Assembly: GCA_963725865.1 (NCBI GenBank)
Contig: CAVSAC010000010.1
Span: forward strand, 1,056,001-1,120,000
DNA length: 64,000 nucleotides
Reading direction: 5' to 3'
Origin: Candidatus Eiseniibacteriota bacterium
GTDB lineage: Bacteria > Eisenbacteria > RBG-16-71-46
The notes below the pieces were generated by a model. The model was not told where the DNA came from. It made no database searches and saw only the letters and a program-made list of their open reading frames with translations. Made by a program: the position numbers and the translations under genes. Shown one piece after another: positions 18,807 through 28,306 of this stretch; the stretch's first letter is position 1; each line of letters starts with the position of its first letter.

Positions 18807-20519
18807 ATGGCCAGTCACCCGCACACGGCGACGCACGCGGACGCGCACGCCGCACACCATTCGCAGTCGTTCTTCCAGAAGTACCTGTGGTCCACCGACC
18901 ATAAGGTCATCGCCATGCAGTACATGTTCACCGGCATGGCGATGGCGCTGATCGGCGGCTTCTTCGCCTACGTGTTCCGCATGCAGCTCGCCTTCCCGGG
19001 CAACTCGGTGCCGGGGTTCGGACACGTCTCGCCGGGCGAGTACAACATGCTGATCACCAACCACGGCAGCATCATGATCTTCTGGGTGGCGATGCCGGTG
19101 CTGATCGCAGCGTTCGGCAACTACCTGATCCCGCTCATGTGCGGCGCGGACGACATGGTGTTCCCGCGCCTGAACCGGCTCAGCTACCAGCTGTTCCTGC
19201 TCAGCGTGCTGGTGCTGATCGCGTCGCTGTTCGTGCAGGGCGGCGGCTTCGGCGGCGCGTGGACCGCGTACCCGCCGCTGTCCGCGATGAAGCAGTACAA
19301 CCTCACGCCCTACGGCGCATCAATGTGGGTGATCGCGGTGGCCATCGAGTTCGTCGCGTTCCTGCTCGGCGGCATCAACTTCATCGTCACCGCCATGAAC
19401 TCGCGGGCGCCCGGCATGAAGGCGTTCGACGTGCCGCTCGTGGTGTGGATGATCGTGGTCGCCAGCCTGCTGTTCATGGCCTCGGTCGGCCCGCTCATCG
19501 CCGGCGCGGTGATGCTGCTGTTCGACCAACTCCTCGGCACCGGCTTCTTCAACCCGGCGCGCGGCGGTGATCCGATCCTGTGGCAGCACCTGTTCTGGTT
19601 CTTCGGACACCCCGAGGTGTACGTGGTGCTGCTGCCCGCGATGGGCATCGTGGCCGAGGTGATCACGGTATTCGCGCGCAAGAAGATGTTCGGCTACAAG
19701 ACGGTCATCTACACGGTCATCGCGACGGGCATCCTGAGCTTCTTCGTGTGGGCGCACCACCAGTTCGTCGCCGGCATCGACCCGCGCATGGCGAACATCT
19801 TCACCGTCACGACGGTGCTCATCTCGATCCCGATCGCGGAGATGCTGTTCCTCTACATCGCCACACTCTATGGCGGCGCGATCCGGCTCGAGACGCCGAT
19901 GCTGTGGGCGCTCGGCTTCCTCGGCGAGTTCCTGATCGGCGGCGCGACCGGCATCTACCTGGGCGCGAGCGGAGCGGACATCTTCTTCCACGACACCTAT
20001 TTCGTCGTCGCCCACTTCCACTACACGTTCTTCCCGATCGCGATCATCGCGGTGTTCTCGGGGATCACCTACTGGTTCCCCAAGATGTTCGGCCGGCATC
20101 TCAACGAGACGCAGGGCAAGATCCACTTCTGGGGCACGATCATCCCGTTCAACTTCATCTTCATCCCGATGTTCGTGCTGGGGCTGGGCGGCGAGCACCG
20201 GCGCATCTACGACTACACGCAGTTCCCGGAACTGGCGACCCCCTTCATGCAGGGGCTGCGCATCACGGCCACGGTCGCGCTGGTCGTGATGCTCCTGTTC
20301 CAGTTCATCTTCATCTACAACTTCATCTCGAGCCTGATCCGCGGACGCCGGGCGGAGAAGAACCCGTGGAACGCGAACACGCTCGAGTGGACGGCCGACT
20401 CGCCGCCGCCGCACGGCAACTGGGCGCCGAACGAGATGCCGACCGTTTACCGCGGACCGTACGAGTACAGCACCCCGGGCCGGGCGACGGACTACTGGCC
20501 CCAGAACGAGAAAGGCTGA
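18807..20519 (+). CDS. coxA: Cytochrome c oxidase subunit I (A-type)
   Basis: TDHK, NHG, WTAYPPL, WFFGHPEVY, WAHH, HDTYFVVAHFHY, HRR. Confidence 0.96.
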   Translation: MASHPHTATHADAHAAHHSQSFFQKYLWSTDHKVIAMQYMFTGMAMALIGGFFAYVFRMQLAFPGNSVPGFGHVSPGEYNMLITNHGSIMIFWVAMPVLIAAFGNYLIPLMCGADDMVFPRLNRLSYQLFLLSVLVLIASLFVQGGGFGGAWTAYPPLSAMKQYNLTPYGASMWVIAVAIEFVAFLLGGINFIVTAMNSRAPGMKAFDVPLVVWMIVVASLLFMASVGPLIAGAVMLLFDQLLGTGFFNPARGGDPILWQHLFWFFGHPEVYVVLLPAMGIVAEVITVFARKKMFGYKTVIYTVIATGILSFFVWAHHQFVAGIDPRMANIFTVTTVLISIPIAEMLFLYIATLYGGAIRLETPMLWALGFLGEFLIGGATGIYLGASGADIFFHDTYFVVAHFHYTFFPIAIIAVFSGITYWFPKMFGRHLNETQGKIHFWGTIIPFNFIFIPMFVLGLGGEHRRIYDYTQFPELATPFMQGLRITATVALVVMLLFQFIFIYNFISSLIRGRRAEKNPWNANTLEWTADSPPPHGNWAPNEMPTVYRGPYEYSTPGRATDYWPQNEKG

Positions 20520-20528
20520 GAGGAGCGG

Positions 20529-21107
20529 ATGAGCGCGACCAAGACCATCGCCACCACGCGCAGCGCGACGGGTGTCCCCACCGGCCGGCTGGCCGTGTGG
20601 TGGGTCATCGTCTCCGAGATCGTGATCTTCGGCGGCCTGCTCGTCTCGTACGTGATGAACCGCATCGCGCACCTCGAGTTCGCCGAGCAGGCCGCGCACA
20701 CCAACACCTGGATCGGCGCGTTCAACACGTTCGTGCTGCTCACGTCGAGCCTGTTCGCGGTGCTCGCGCACCGAGCCGCCGAGCAGGGCGACGGCCCGAA
20801 GGCGGCGCGGCTCTTGTGGTGCACGATCGCCGGCGGCGGCACGTTCCTGATCGTGAAGTCGTTCGAGTGGACGCACGAGATCCGCGAGGGCTTCACCATC
20901 CAGTCGGGTGGATTCTGGTCCTACTACTACACGGTCGCCGGCCTGCACGCATTCCACGTCATCGCCGGCATGGCCCTCATGGCCTGGGTCGCGGGCACTG
21001 CGGCGCGCAACGAGGAACTGCACCGCGTGGAGAACGTGGGCATCTACTGGCACTTCGTCGACATCGTCTGGATCTTCCTGTTCCCCCTGCTCTACATCGC
21101 CAAGTAG
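20529..21107 (+). CDS. coxC: Cytochrome c oxidase subunit III
   Basis: SEIVIFGG, NTFVLLTSS, AGLHAFHV, YWHFVDIVWIFLFPLLY. Confidence 0.93.
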   Translation: MSATKTIATTRSATGVPTGRLAVWWVIVSEIVIFGGLLVSYVMNRIAHLEFAEQAAHTNTWIGAFNTFVLLTSSLFAVLAHRAAEQGDGPKAARLLWCTIAGGGTFLIVKSFEWTHEIREGFTIQSGGFWSYYYTVAGLHAFHVIAGMALMAWVAGTAARNEELHRVENVGIYWHFVDIVWIFLFPLLYIAK

Positions 21108-21120
21108 CCTGGAGGCTCGC

Positions 21121-21498
21121 ATGTCGGACCACGCGCACGCGCACGCACCCGCGCACCACCGCAACTACGTCCGGATCTGGGCGATCCTGCTCGGACTCCT
21201 GATCGTCAGCGTGGTGGGCCCGATGGCCGGCATCCGGGTCCTCACGCTCGTCACCGCGTTCGGCATCGCGCTGGTCAAGGCCTACATGGTGGCGAAGAAC
21301 TTCATGCACCTCGATGTCGAGAAGCCGATCGTGCACTGGGTGCTCGGGGTCGCGCTCGCACTCCTGGTGCTGCTCTACGCGGGCGTGGCGCCGGACGCCC
21401 AGAAGCACTCCGGGACGCACTGGCAGAAGACCTACGTGCCGCAACGGAGCGCGCCGGCCGAGCACGGCGCCGCGGGCCATGACATCGGCACGCGTTGA
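21121..21498 (+). CDS. Cytochrome c oxidase subunit IV family protein
   Basis: His-rich N-terminus; IALVKAYMVAKNFMHL motif. Confidence 0.85.
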   Translation: MSDHAHAHAPAHHRNYVRIWAILLGLLIVSVVGPMAGIRVLTLVTAFGIALVKAYMVAKNFMHLDVEKPIVHWVLGVALALLVLLYAGVAPDAQKHSGTHWQKTYVPQRSAPAEHGAAGHDIGTR

Positions 21499-22075
21499 CC
21501 ACCTCGCGGTGCCCGCGGCGCAGCGTCGCGGCTTCACCGACCACGGCCTGCTCGGCATGGCCCTGTTCGTGTTCACCGAGGTCATGCTGTTCGCCGCGTT
21601 CATCAGCGGCTACGTCATCGTGCGCAACGGCGCGCTCCCGGGCGCCTGGCCGCCGCCGCACCAGCCGCGCCTGCCGTTCGCGCAGACCAGCGTCCACACC
21701 GCGGCGCTGCTCGCCAGCGGCGTTCTGCTGGTGCTGGCCCAGCGCGCCGCCCGCGCGCGCGGACTGGCGGCCGCCGAGCGGCCGCTGCTGGGCGCGCTGG
21801 TGCTGGGGGTGTACTTCGTGGCCGCGCAGGGCGTCGAGTGGGCGGCCCTGCTGCGCGAGGGACTCACGATCACGTCGAGCCAGGTGGGGTCGTTCTTCTA
21901 CGTGATCGTCGGGGCACACGCGCTGCACGCGATCGCGGCGATCGTGGCGCTCGCGGTGTGCTGGGTGCAACTGCGCGCGGGCCGGCTCAAGCCGTCCGTG
22001 TTCGGCACCACCCAGCTGTTCTGGTACTTCGTCGTGCTGGTGTGGCCCGCGCTCTTTCTGGTGGTGTACCGGTGA
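21479..22075 (+). CDS. Second subunit III-like protein
   Basis: FTEVMLFAAFISGY, FFYVIVGAHALH, FWYFVVLVW. Confidence 0.85.
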   Translation: MTSARVDHLAVPAAQRRGFTDHGLLGMALFVFTEVMLFAAFISGYVIVRNGALPGAWPPPHQPRLPFAQTSVHTAALLASGVLLVLAQRAARARGLAAAERPLLGALVLGVYFVAAQGVEWAALLREGLTITSSQVGSFFYVIVGAHALHAIAAIVALAVCWVQLRAGRLKPSVFGTTQLFWYFVVLVWPALFLVVYR

Positions 22076-22326
22076 GGCGCGCGCTGGCGGTGGTGCTCGG
22101 CCTGCTGGCCCCGGCGGCGGCCCGTGCCTGCGCGGTGTGCGGACTGATCGGCGATCCGAACCGCGGCTCGTTCTTCTGGACCATGGTGCTGCTCAGCCTG
22201 CTGCCGCTCGGCATGTTCGTGGGCGGTGTGCTGTTCCTGCGTCACGCCATGCGCGCGCGGCTGCCGGACGAGTTCGCCGACCCCGACGCGGCGCGTCCGT
22301 CCCCCGAATCGACTCCGGACGCCTGA
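22072..22326 (+). CDS. Small membrane protein with CAVC motif
   Basis: GTGA overlap; signal-like MRRALAVVLGLLAPAAARA-CAVCG then one TM helix. Confidence 0.7.
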   Translation: MRRALAVVLGLLAPAAARACAVCGLIGDPNRGSFFWTMVLLSLLPLGMFVGGVLFLRHAMRARLPDEFADPDAARPSPESTPDA

Positions 22327-22339
22327 GTCCCGGCCGCGC

Positions 22340-22822
22340 TCACCGCTCGCGGACCGGCACCCACACCGTCGTCTCGGGGTGCTGCGCGAACCGCAGCGTC
22401 AACGCCAGCGTCTCGCCCGCGACCAGCGGTCTCGCCAGGCCCGTCAGCATGACGTGGTGCGAGCCGGGCTCGAACACCAGCGGCCGTCCCGGCGCCAGCG
22501 GCAGCGTGCTGACCGGCCGCATCGACCGCCGTCCGGCCGGATCGACGACCACCTCGTGGACCTCCGCGCCCGCCGCCACCGCCGGCGGCACCCGGGCGCC
22601 GAGCAGCGTGTCGGCCTCCGAGTCACGCAGCGTGAGATAGGCGGCACCGTTGGTGACTCCCGCGGGGCTCGCGCGCGCCCAGGGCGCGTCGATCGCGAGG
22701 CCCGGGGCAGCGGCGGACGCCGGCGGGGACGCCGACCCCGCGCCCTCGTGACTCGGGCCGCAGCCGGACGCGAGCGCGCTCAGCGCGAGCAGGAACGGCA
22801 GGGCGATCGGGCGTGCGCTCAT
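22340..22822 (-). CDS. Copper chaperone PCu(A)C
   Basis: PWARAS, NGAAYLTL, EVHE..M...PGSHHVML; lipobox ASGC. Confidence 0.9.
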   Translation of the reverse strand: MSARPIALPFLLALSALASGCGPSHEGAGSASPPASAAAPGLAIDAPWARASPAGVTNGAAYLTLRDSEADTLLGARVPPAVAAGAEVHEVVVDPAGRRSMRPVSTLPLAPGRPLVFEPGSHHVMLTGLARPLVAGETLALTLRFAQHPETTVWVPVRER

Positions 22823-23427
22823 CGGGGTCGGGCCGCGCTGCGATGGAGGAACCACCGGATGTCGTGCACGAGGTCGTCGGGATGGACGCCGAAGTCCCAT
22901 TGCACCAGCACCTCGCCGCGCTCGTCGACCAGGTACGCCAGCGAGGTGTGGGCCACCTGGATCTCGCCGCTCGCGAGCTTGACCACCCGCGAGGTGGCGC
23001 CGAAGGCGACCTCGGCCTGACCGAGCTGCGACTGGGTCGCGGGCCGCAGCGGATGCCCGCCCGCCACGAACGACGCCAGGTAGGGCGCCAGAACCGCGGC
23101 GGTGTCGCGCGCCGGATCGACCGTGACGAACGCCACGTCGACTCGCTGCGCGTCCCCGCGCAGCCGGCGCAGCGCCTGGCTCAGGTCCGCGAGCGTGGTG
23201 GGGCAGATGTCGGGACAGCTCACGTAGCCGAAGTACACGTAGAGCAGGTGCCCGGGACGGGCGCGCAAGGTGAACGGCTGGTCGGGTGCTCCGGGGCGCA
23301 CCTCGGGCAGCTCGATCGCCGCGACGTTCGTCGGTTGGGGCGGCACCTGGCCGAGGGGCCGCGCGCGCTCGGCGCCCGCACCACAGCCCGACAGCAGCAA
23401 GACGGCGGCCAGGAGCATCGGGGTCAT
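22819..23427 (-). CDS. SCO family copper chaperone (alternative GTG start at 23475)
   Basis: FGYVSCPDICPTTL, FVTVDPARD, HTSLAYLVD; lipobox LSGC. Confidence 0.93.
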   Translation of the reverse strand: MTPMLLAAVLLLSGCGAGAERARPLGQVPPQPTNVAAIELPEVRPGAPDQPFTLRARPGHLLYVYFGYVSCPDICPTTLADLSQALRRLRGDAQRVDVAFVTVDPARDTAAVLAPYLASFVAGGHPLRPATQSQLGQAEVAFGATSRVVKLASGEIQVAHTSLAYLVDERGEVLVQWDFGVHPDDLVHDIRWFLHRSAARPR

Positions 23428-23542
23428 CCGATGCGAGCAGGTACGGCGCCGGCGGATGGGACGGACGAATGTCACGGTGCGCGGACCATAGCACGCCGCC
23501 CGCACGCCAAGGGTCGCCCGGGGAGGCCACGGGACGGAGTGC

Positions 23543-24739
23543 TCAACGGCCCCGCACGTGACGCACCTGCGCGATCACCCGATCGAGCACTCCGGAGAGG
23601 ACATCGAGCACCACCTGCGGGGCGTGGTGCGCCTCGGCGTAATTGCGCGCGCGCGCGCCGGCTGCGCGGCGCGCGGCGGGGTCGGCCATCCACCCACGTA
23701 CCGAGTCGACCAGGGTCGCGTAGTCGCCAGCGAAGGCCCCCAGCCCCGCACGCGTGACCAGACCGTCCGGGTTCACGCACGAGACGGTCGGCAGGCCCGC
23801 AGCCCATGCCTCGAGCAGCGAGTTCGAGAACCCCTCCAGCGGCGAGGTGTGCACCAGCAGGGACGCGCGCCGTCGCAGCGCCACCACCGCTTCCTCCGGC
23901 AGAAAGCCGTGCACCTCGAGGTTCGGGATGTCGCGCGCGGCCTGCTGCGCCGCGTCCCAGACCCCCCGCGTCAGCGGCGGCGGCGGTACCACCCCCGCCA
24001 TCACGAAGCGGTACTGCGGCAGCTCGCGCGCGAGGGCCAGGAACCACTCGGGCCGCTTGGTGCGCTTGTAGGTGGCGAGCCAGAGCACGATCCCGTCCTG
24101 CCCCGGATCGACCGGCTGCGGCGGGATGTCGACGATGTTCGGCAGCAGCTCGCTCGCGACACCGTACTCATCGCGCAAGTGGTCGCGCTGGAACTCGGTC
24201 TGCGACAGCACCTGGTCGGCGTGGCGCAACGCACGCTCGTACCACCGCCGGTGGGTGACCCCGACGTTGGGCGGCGGGCGCCGGACCACGTCGTGGTCGG
24301 TCATCATCGCGAGCACGAATCCCGCGCCGCGCAGCCTCGCCACGTCGGACGTCAACCCGGCCGGCATGCCGGAGCCGCACACGTAGTAGGCCTCGGCATT
24401 CGCCCGCCACAGGCCCGCCGTGGCGAGCGTCAGCCGGGGGTGAAAGAAGCGCAGCACGCGCACCCCGCGGCGAGGCCGGAACGTGCGCAGGACGGTGACG
24501 CCGTCCACCACCTCCACCGGCCGCTGACCGAAGTCGCACGTCACCAGCGTCACGTCGTACTCGCGCGTGGCCAGGCCGCGGGCCAGCCGGGCGACCAGCG
24601 CCTCGGAGCCGCCGGCGAACTCGTCCGGCGTGCGGGCGAGCAGCGGGTAGGCGTATTCGGAGTAGAAACAGACCCGCCCGCGCCCCTTCACGGGCGCGGA
24701 GTCCAGTAGCCCTGTGGGTGGTGGTGCGGGGGTGGTCAT
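23543..24739 (-). CDS. GT4 (GT-B) glycosyltransferase
   Basis: GGSE N-terminal motif; [16 protein letters not shown]. Confidence 0.88.
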   Translation of the reverse strand: MTTPAPPPTGLLDSAPVKGRGRVCFYSEYAYPLLARTPDEFAGGSEALVARLARGLATREYDVTLVTCDFGQRPVEVVDGVTVLRTFRPRRGVRVLRFFHPRLTLATAGLWRANAEAYYVCGSGMPAGLTSDVARLRGAGFVLAMMTDHDVVRRPPPNVGVTHRRWYERALRHADQVLSQTEFQRDHLRDEYGVASELLPNIVDIPPQPVDPGQDGIVLWLATYKRTKRPEWFLALARELPQYRFVMAGVVPPPPLTRGVWDAAQQAARDIPNLEVHGFLPEEAVVALRRRASLLVHTSPLEGFSNSLLEAWAAGLPTVSCVNPDGLVTRAGLGAFAGDYATLVDSVRGWMADPAARRAAGARARNYAEAHHAPQVVLDVLSGVLDRVIAQVRHVRGR

Positions 24740-25019
24740 CTGGCGCGGAGTCGTCCTGCGGGCGGTGTGTGAGAGTCGAGCAGCCGACCCTACGCTGGCG
24801 TCGGCGACTCCGTCAAGAATCGCCCGTGGGCGGCCCGCGCGGGATCCGTCGCGGCCAGCAGGCGCCGGAATCCGGCCCCTTCGAGCCGCGGCCGAGCGGT
24901 GGGGATTGTCCAGCGGATGACCCCCGGGGAACGAGAACATGCTTGATTCTCGGGCGGATTACGCCGATAGTCCCTCCGTCTTCCGGTTGCCGTGGATGTG
25001 CTGCGAAGCGCCTTCGATT

Positions 25020-25048
25020 GCCGCCAGGTGGACCCTGGCGGTCTTTTT
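25020..25048 (+). terminator. Hairpin + U-tract upstream of cspA
   Basis: GCCGCCAGG-TGGAC-CCTGGCGGT-CTTTTT. Confidence 0.6.
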
Positions 25049-25170
25049 GTTGGGTCCTGCAGTCATCCGATGGTTCGGGGGCATCCGGTCAAGGTGACCG
25101 GTCCGCAGCCGTCGCGTATGGGCGGCACAGCACGGGACCCTCGGTCCCGAGCAATCCAAGGAGTAGAGCA

Positions 25171-25371
25171 GTGGCGAGTGGAACCGTGAAGTGGTTCAAC
25201 GAGGCGAAGGGATTCGGCTTCATCTCTCAGCAGGGTGGCGAGGACGTGTTCGTGCACTTCAGTGCCATCCAGGGCGAGGGCTTCAAGACCTTGGCCGAGG
25301 GCGAGAAGGTGGAGTTCGATGTGACCCGCGGGCCGAAGGGTCTCCAGGCCTCCAACGTTCGCAAGGCGTAG
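25171..25371 (+). CDS. cspA: Cold-shock protein
   Basis: [32 protein letters not shown]. Confidence 0.97.
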   Translation: MASGTVKWFNEAKGFGFISQQGGEDVFVHFSAIQGEGFKTLAEGEKVEFDVTRGPKGLQASNVRKA

Positions 25372-25400
25372 TTCGTCCGAGGTACCACCTCACGTCGCGG

Positions 25401-25429
25401 AGGCGGCGGGCACCAGCCCGCCGCCTTTC
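25401..25429 (+). terminator. Hairpin after cspA
   Basis: AGGCGGCGGGC-ACCA-GCCCGCCGCCT then TTC. Confidence 0.6.
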
Positions 25430-25540
25430 GCACATCGAGCGCGCGAAACGCGCGCTGCCGACTCCTCGGCCGTTGGGCCCGCGCGGTCCCGCGCCCTCCC
25501 ATCCGGCCGAGCGACTTCCGTCATCGCACCAGGAGATCTC

Positions 25541-26971
25541 ATGTCGTTCACGTCCCTCGGGCTCCCCGCGTCCATCCTCCGTGGAGTGCGCGCGGCCGGA
25601 TACCGCGAGCCCACCCCGATCCAGAAGCGCGCCATCCCCATCATCCTGGAGGGCCGCGATCTCGTCGGTGCCGCCCAGACCGGCACCGGCAAGACCGCCG
25701 CGTTCATTCTCCCGCTGCTGGCGCGCCTGCTCGACGGCCCGCAGCGCCTGCGCGCGCTCGTGCTCTCCCCGACCCGCGAGCTGGCCGCGCAGGTCGAGAC
25801 CAACGCCCGCGACTACGCGCGATTCACCGACCTGCGCGTCGGCGTGGTGTTCGGTGGTGTGCCGATCGGCCCGCAGGAACGCATGCTGCGCAGCCAGGGC
25901 GTCGAGCTGCTGGTCGCGACCCCGGGGCGCCTGCTCGATCTGCAGGGTCGCCAGAGCGTGGCGCTCGACGAGGTCGAGATGCTGGTGCTCGACGAGGCCG
26001 ACCGCATGGTCGACATGGGCTTCGCCCCCGACCTCGGCCGCATCCTGCGGCTGCTGCCGAAGAACCGCCAGACGCTGATGTTCAGCGCCACCATGCCGCC
26101 CGACCTCAACAAGGTGGCGAGCCAGGCGCTGGTGGACCCGGTGCGCATCGATCTCGCGCCGCCGAGCCGCCCGGCCCCCGGCATCACGCAGGCGGTGTAC
26201 CCGGTGCCGCGCCACCTCAAGACCGACCTGCTCGACATCATGCTGACGAAGGACGAGGTCGGCAGCGTGATCGTGTTCTCGCGCACCAAGCACGGGGCCG
26301 ACCGGCTGGCGCGCCAGCTCCAGCGCCGCGGGCACTCGGTGGCTGCGCTCCATGGGGATCGCACGCAGGGCCAGCGCGAGCGCGCGCTCAGCGACCTGCG
26401 CCGCGGTCGCGTCCAGGTGCTGGTGGCGACCGACATCGCATCCCGCGGCCTCGACGTGGAGGGCATCTCGCACGTCATCAACTTCGACGTGCCGCGGGCC
26501 CCGGAGGACTACGTGCACCGCATCGGCCGCACCGGCCGCGTCGACGCCGTCGGCGACGCGTTCACTCTGATGTCGCCCGAGGAGCAGAAGGACCTGCAGG
26601 CGATCGAGCGCTTCCTCGGCAAGAGCATCCCGCGGGTGTTGCTGCCGGAGTTCGACTACAAGCGGCGCGCCGAGCCGCGACCCGAGGGCGAGCGCGACGT
26701 CCGCCCACCACGGCGCACCCCCGCCCCGCGCCCGGTCGTGCGCCGCATCGAGATCCTGCGCCCTGCCGGAGCCACGCGGCACGATGCCCCACGTCCCGCC
26801 CACAGCGCGGGCGGTCCGCCGCTCGCCCATCCGACGCACACCACCCCGCGCGCCGAGGCGCCCCGGCAGGAGCCCCCGCGTCCGGCCGCCGCGGCCTCCT
26901 CCGCCGACGACGGCTTCCAGGGCCGTCGCAAGCGCATCGTGCCGCCGGGCAAGGATCGTCGCCGGCGTTAG
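25541..26971 (+). CDS. DEAD-box RNA helicase (RhlE-like)
   Basis: AQTGTGKT, PTRELA, TPGRL, DEAD, SAT, HRIGRTGR. Confidence 0.95.
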   Translation: MSFTSLGLPASILRGVRAAGYREPTPIQKRAIPIILEGRDLVGAAQTGTGKTAAFILPLLARLLDGPQRLRALVLSPTRELAAQVETNARDYARFTDLRVGVVFGGVPIGPQERMLRSQGVELLVATPGRLLDLQGRQSVALDEVEMLVLDEADRMVDMGFAPDLGRILRLLPKNRQTLMFSATMPPDLNKVASQALVDPVRIDLAPPSRPAPGITQAVYPVPRHLKTDLLDIMLTKDEVGSVIVFSRTKHGADRLARQLQRRGHSVAALHGDRTQGQRERALSDLRRGRVQVLVATDIASRGLDVEGISHVINFDVPRAPEDYVHRIGRTGRVDAVGDAFTLMSPEEQKDLQAIERFLGKSIPRVLLPEFDYKRRAEPRPEGERDVRPPRRTPAPRPVVRRIEILRPAGATRHDAPRPAHSAGGPPLAHPTHTTPRAEAPRQEPPRPAAAASSADDGFQGRRKRIVPPGKDRRRR

Positions 26972-26981
26972 CCCCGCGCGC

Positions 26982-27401
26982 TCAGAGGTCGAGCACCAGG
27001 CGGCAGCGGCACGCGCCCGGCGCGAGCGTCAGCTCGAGCGCGTGGTGCGAGACCGCCTTGATCTCGCGCAGGAACACCTGACGGCGCGGGTCGCGCGGAA
27101 CGCCCTGCAGCACGGCCACGAGCGCGTGCTCGTCCAGCCGCTCGATCCGGCAGGCGATCCAGGTCGCGCCGCGCAGCTCGGCCTCGAGCAGCGCGGTGTT
27201 GAGCCAGTGCACGAGCAGATCGGCGGGGTCGCCGCCCGTGACCTCGACCCGCGCTTCGAGGCTCGGCGCCTGGGCGGGCGGCTCGATCACCTGCGCGAGC
27301 AGCGCCACGGCAGCCAGCGCGTGCAGCCGCTCGGGGCTGTCGGCCCACACCTCGAGCCCGAGGTCGGCGGTGTGCTCGAACGTGCTCCAGCCCTCGCCCA
27401 T
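26982..27401 (-). CDS. Archease
   Basis: EHTADL, EIKAVSHH, C-terminal VLDL. Confidence 0.9.
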   Translation of the reverse strand: MGEGWSTFEHTADLGLEVWADSPERLHALAAVALLAQVIEPPAQAPSLEARVEVTGGDPADLLVHWLNTALLEAELRGATWIACRIERLDEHALVAVLQGVPRDPRRQVFLREIKAVSHHALELTLAPGACRCRLVLDL

Positions 27402-27447
27402 GCGGGGCAGGATAGCAGCCCGACCGCGGCCGGCGTGCGCCGCGGGC

Positions 27448-28158
27448 TCACAGCATCTCGCGCGAGCGCAGGCTCACCACGCCGCGGGCGGCCACGATGA
27501 CGTGATCGAGCACGCCGATGCCGACCATCTCGCCGACCTGGACCAGGCGCTTCGTGATGCTGAGATCCTCCTCGCTCGGCTCCGGGTCGCCGCTCGGGTG
27601 GTTGTGCACCAGGATCACGCTCGCGGCCGAGTGCGTGATCGCCGGCAGGAACACCTCGCGGGGATGGACGATCGAGGCATTGAGGCTCCCCACCGATACC
27701 GTTTCGCGGGCCTGCATCTCGTGCCGGGCGTTGAGCAGCAGCACCACGAAGTGCTCCTTGCGCGCGCGCGCGAGGTCGCGCACCTGCGCCAGCACGTCGT
27801 CGGGACCTCGGATCGCGGGGCTCAGCAGCGGCCGTTCGGTCGCGCGCCGGCCGAGTTCGTACGCGGCGACCAGCGCCGCCGCACGCGCGAGCCCCACCCC
27901 GGGCACCCGCATCCAGCGCGCGCACGACCACGCGGCGAGCTCGGCGGGCGGACGCCGCGCCAGCGCGCGGCCGATCCGCAGCGCGCTGCGCCCGGGGGTG
28001 CCGGAACCCAGCACCAACGCGAGCAGCTCCGCGTCGGCGAGCGGCCCCGGGCCCAGCTCGCGCAGACGTTCGCGGGCGCGTGGGCGCGAGGCGGGAGTGG
28101 CGGACACGGGGTGCGTTGCGGGCAGCGACTCGGCTGCGGATGGGACGCGAGGCGCCAT
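27448..28158 (-). CDS. radC: RadC/JAB domain protein
   Basis: RERL, DAELLALVLGSG, VHPREVF, HNHPSGDPEPSEED, LDHVIV. Confidence 0.93.
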   Translation of the reverse strand: MAPRVPSAAESLPATHPVSATPASRPRARERLRELGPGPLADAELLALVLGSGTPGRSALRIGRALARRPPAELAAWSCARWMRVPGVGLARAAALVAAYELGRRATERPLLSPAIRGPDDVLAQVRDLARARKEHFVVLLLNARHEMQARETVSVGSLNASIVHPREVFLPAITHSAASVILVHNHPSGDPEPSEEDLSITKRLVQVGEMVGIGVLDHVIVAARGVVSLRSREML

Positions 28159-28221
28159 GACAGGCTCCGCGGGGGCGGGACGCGGGAACGGGCGCGAAGG
28201 GCAAGCGGGCGGGTGCCGGCG

Positions 28222-28250
28222 TTGAGCGGGGCGGCGGTCTCTGCGATAAT
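28222..28250 (+). promoter_or_regulatory. Sigma-70-like promoter for 28307 gene
   Basis: TTGAGC-17-GATAAT with TG at extended -10 position. Confidence 0.45.
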
Positions 28251-28306
28251 CCCCGCCCGAGCTTCGACACGCGCGGCCGCGCGAGATGATCTCCTGAGAG
28301 GACTGC

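Noticed and set aside
27448..28158. radC as an integration site or prophage marker
   Set aside because: Full-length, uninterrupted, typical codon usage, housekeeping neighbours
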